Position numbers and translations under genes: made by a program. Positions 1-64,000 of a stretch of 64,000 bases of DNA are shown one piece after another. Within the stretch, counting starts at the first letter, position 1; each line of letters opens with the position of its first letter. The notes beneath the pieces were generated by a model that had not been told where the DNA came from, ran no database searches, and saw only the letters and a list, made by a program, of their open reading frames with translations. This DNA comes from the human T2T-CHM13v2.0 reference genome, Homo sapiens. The stretch is taken from the NCBI RefSeq assembly GCF_009914755.1, contig NC_060926.1; one strand, written 5' to 3'.

Positions 1-153
<153 letters not shown>

Positions 154-574
154 TAAAAATAGTCTTTTTGTAGCCTGTGTCTGACTATCCAATATCTGAA
201 ATTCTTTAAGGTCTGGTTCTATTGTTTCTGCTGGTTTCTGATCATGGTCCTTTGTTTCCTTGTGCCTTTGGTGATTTTTTATTTTTTAACTAAGAGCTGC
301 TTATTTTCCTTGGAACTCTGTGAAGTTTCTTTGAAACCTGAGGTGAATACAGTATTTTCTAGGAAGGGTTTTTATTTGTTTCTGATAGATGCCAAGGGGC
401 TCTAACAGTCTTTGGGGCCACATTGAAGTACATTTTCAGCTTCAGTTTTCTTGAGACTATCCTGGTGATGTAGTGTGCTTCCATATCCACAAGGAAGACT
501 TTTTTCTCTGTTTAACTCCGACATTCTGGACAGGCAGTTTTCCTTATAATCTCTTGCAGGGTCATGTGTGCCTG

Positions 575-577
<3 letters not shown>

Positions 578-616
<39 letters not shown>
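578..616. repeat. (TG)n microsatellite, about 19 units
   Basis: perfect tg run. Confidence 0.98.
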
Positions 617-618
<2 letters not shown>

Positions 619-874
619 CAAGAAATTGCGTACACTCCCCGATGGTCTGTGACTTCACCAACTCCTGGCCTAAGTGTTCCAGCCGTTCAGGCCAGCCCAG
701 CCCTGCATTCAGGAAGAGGCTGTGAATCTGGACTCTCATGAGTTTAAGCGGCAGGTTAATCTGGCAGCCACACCTCCATGTTGCCAAGAAGTGTCTCAGC
801 CTGCTCTTGTGATGAACACAGAGTGCAGGAGGCGGTGCGGCTGAAGCAAGCGTCTACCCCGTACAGCAGGCACG

Positions 875-1285
875 GGGTGGCATGCCCTCGGAGGGCGTGC
901 AGACAGGTGTAACGGGCTCAGAGGAGCACGCCCTCGGAGGGCGTGCAGACAGGGGTAACGGGCTCAGAGGAGCATGCCCTCGGAGGGTGTACAGACAGGT
1001 GTAATGCACACAGAGGGGCATGCCCTCTGGAGGTGTATGGCCAGGTATGGGTTCACAGAGTCATGCCCTCCAGAGTGTGTATGACCAGGTGTAATGGGCT
1101 CAGAGGAGCATGCCCTCGGAGGGTGTATGGCCAGGTATGGGTTCAGAGAGTCGTGCCCTCCAGCGGGTGCATGGCCAGGTGTAATGGGCACAGAGGGGCA
1201 TGCCCTCTGGAGGGTGTACAGCCAGGTGGAATGGACACAGAGGGATGTGTTCTCCGGAGGGTGTATGGCCAGGTGTTATGGGCTC
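875..1285. repeat. Degenerate 43-47 bp minisatellite, about 9 copies
   Basis: catgccctc-like anchors at 881, 927, 973, 1019, 1062, 1109, 1152, 1199. Confidence 0.9.
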
Positions 1286-2300
1286 AGCTGGGGGGAATCT
1301 CAGGTGTGGGATCAGGTGAGGGGGTCAGGCAAGCTTCATGAAGGTGAGTTGATCTAATACCTGAAGTTCTTCAAGGTCTCGTTCTATTGTTTCCGCTGGT
1401 TTCTGGTCATGGTCCTCTCTGGGGGTTCTGGAGAACGGGCAGGATGTGAGTGCTCTACCTGAAGGCACCCTGGAGGAGCAGGGGTGGGGCTGTCACAGGC
1501 AGGCAGAGGTGGTAGAAACACAGTAGCACCCTGAGTTCCAGAGGTCAGTGAGCAGGAGAAGGTGAGTGCAGGGCCTAGAAGGTGGTGTGGAGACTCTGAG
1601 ACTTCTGGCTTTCATCTTAGCTCCCTGCAAGGCTGGAACCACTGTGCACACACAATTCCCCCCATTCCTGCCCCCACACAGAGTCCTCCCACTCCGCTCC
1701 ATTACAGCCTAATCACTGGCCTTGTCTCGGTTGTGGCTTCCCACCCTCCTCCCTGCTGAACTGGGTACCCAGTGCTAGAGGCTTCTAACTTGCTTCTGTG
1801 TCCCTGGCACCTTCGAAGTGCCAGACCAACACCTGGACATCTTCAGGAGCCCTCCAGAGTAAGGAGAAAGACTGTACTGGAGAAAGGCAGCCCGTCCTCT
1901 TCCATTGGAGTGGCAGGGCAGGAGCCCTGTGCTGCAGAAATGTCTGCCCCAGCAGGGGCCAGGCCTGGTTCTGGGGTGTTCCAAGCCTGAGCAGTTCCTG
2001 AGAGTAGCTGGGGAGCCGCGACTGAGTCAGCACCTTCTCTCTTCAGGGGCCCACGCACCCCACCCTCCCACCTCCATGCACGCAGGCTGGCCTGGGAGGG
2101 CTGGATGTGGTCACGTCCCCAGTTCATCTCCTGGGGAGGGGCACAGTATGGCCCCAGGGTGGGGTTGGGGGAGCCCAGGGCTCATTTGCCTGTGAGATAT
2201 GGGGGCTTTGGGATGCTGGGTCCACTTCCAGCCCCCATGGAGAGGGACATGCACTTGGAAAAGAGTGGGCTTCAGGGAGGGTAAAGGGGCCCCAGCCTGA

Positions 2301-62266
<59,966 letters not shown>

Positions 62267-62789
62267 GCCCTGCTGCATACCACCCAGCAGCCTAGCTGCC
62301 TTCAGCCCTGACTGGCCAGGGGCAGGCGGCCCTGGGGAAGGTGCTGGAGGCCCTAGGCTGCTGGGGGAACCACTGTTGGGAAAACCAATGCCTTGTGCTC
62401 TGCACAAGAGGGACAAAGCTCAAATGGGGTGGGCACGATGACAGCAGAAAGCACAGGGTGCAGGCAGCCACCGCCCGGGCCACCACTCACTCTTCAGGGT
62501 CCTCAGGCAGTGGCACACTCTGAGCCCGCTGACCGCAGAGCTCCTCCCACCCCTGGAGACTCAGCCTGCAGCTGGTGCTGGACCATGCTGCGGGTCGCTC
62601 ATCTCTGACAGCCCCTTCCCCTCCGGCAGAGAGCAGGGGCTTGGGCATCCTCCCAGCCTGCCCCCGCCTGGCACCCTCCCAGCCTGCCCCCGCCTGGCAC
62701 TCCGTTTCTGCTTTGGAGGAGCTGCTCTGACCAGACCCCCGGGGCCAGGCCCTGTCAGGCTGGCTTCCCCGGCTTCATTCCGTGCCCTC

Positions 62790-63095
62790 AGCTCTGTAAA
62801 CACGGGAAAACACGTGGGAAACATTTCCACCAACCGGAGCCAAAAACATAATGTCCTGCAAGGCCAGCCACCACATCCCCACGCCCAGCGGCTGTGAGCC
62901 TCCGCATCCAGGAACTGCGGCCGTCACGGTGGCAGGTGGCTGGAAGTGACTCAGATTCAAGTCCCCGTGACTCACTGGCCGCCAGAAGAAGGGGAGTGTA
63001 ACACTTAAAGCTGTTACAGAGCCTCCCATGTTCCCGGCCTGGAAATGCTGGGAACGGTCCTGTGGGACTCCGGCTGGGTTGCTATGGAGACCCAG
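62790..63095. promoter_or_regulatory. Candidate regulatory element: FOX, E-box, two AP-1, RFX X-box
   Basis: GTAAACA 62796-62802; CACGTG 62811-62816; TGACTCA near 62947 and 62968; GTTGCTATGGAGAC 63078-63091. Confidence 0.45.
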
Positions 63096-64000
63096 GCGGC
63101 CATCTTGGGCCTGTGGCGTGGGCCACCTGTGTCCATCTGCACCCCTCGTCTCCATCACCGTTGCTCAGAGTGACTTGTTCTCCTCTCCAAAGGGCCGCAT
63201 GCTTTATAGGTGGTCATTTGTGATATCTGTGGGGCACCAGCCAGCCCAGTGAATCCCTGCATGTGCCACAGGGGCCTCCCGTCCCAGTCACAAGGACTCT
63301 GGCCTAAGGGTGCAAGGCCAGAGGCTCCCGGCCCCCACCCCATCACAGTTACTGTGAGCCTTGGCTGAATGTGCAACAGTGTCTATTTCAAGATCACTCT
63401 GGGACTTAAAATAGTCTGTCCTGGCACACCTGGTTTTCTGGTGGATTTAGTAATGGAGTTACCATATGCTGTAAATCATGCAAAATCAATAACTCAAGAG
63501 AGGTGGGCATATAGGCTCCTTCCTGTCTGTTACCTCTGCCTGATTGTTGGTGGCTGTGTTGAGAAGGATTCTGAGGCTCAGCCTGGGCTCTGAGGGGAAG
63601 AGCTTGGTGACCCATGAGTGGATGTTACTCTGGGCAAAGGAGGAGTCAGTGGTGGCACAGGTGCCCCGATAGGCACCCCCTGCCATGGCCAGTCAGGGGT
63701 GGAGGACAGCAGGCAGGCCTGCCCCCACTGCTGGAGAGTGCTCTGCCAGATGGTGGGTGGAGGGGGTCACTGAGAGGCAGCGTGTGGTGCTCAGGGCCTG
63801 GCACTTAGTAGGCATGTCCCTTCCCTGCCTTCCTTCCCCATTCGCAGTCTCCTCATAGAGGGGGCCTCCCGCTCTGCAGCCCAGCAGAAGGGCCTGAGGG
63901 ATGGCCAGGGCGGGAGGGAGGAACAGAAGTTCAAGGTTCCCAGTTGTGGGCAGGAGACTCAGCATCGGTCCCTCCAGCCCCCGGCAGCAGGAGCCCCCAT

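Overview
Primate (very probably human) GC-rich genomic DNA, not prokaryotic: it has Alu, L1, MaLR, MER and MIR repeats and GT-AG introns. The window holds the middle and 3' part of a + strand gene for a long coiled-coil protein of the rootletin family, which I recognise as CROCC2. By hand I chained 27 GT-AG exons (2328-62266, 4458 nt, about 1485 codons) with every phase compatible and no internal stop; the 5' exons lie upstream. Introns carry a nested L1/MER5A/MST block, nine Alus, a probable MER21 LTR and several tandem repeats. The largest is a ~4.3 kb array of ~95 exact 45-bp units, which explains the 1499-aa antisense ORF. Best leads: a TP73-like + FOX + RFX X-box motif cluster (candidate ciliogenesis enhancer), a second X-box/FOX/AP-1 element near the 3' end, a CpG-rich symmetric candidate cassette exon, a stop codon overlapping a splice donor, a stop-free in-frame intron, the variant-coded VNTR and a tail-less internal L1 insertion. 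I see no firm evidence of a wholly new biological system; these are testable hypotheses. Repeat subfamily names come from recalled consensus sequences and repeat boundaries are approximate.
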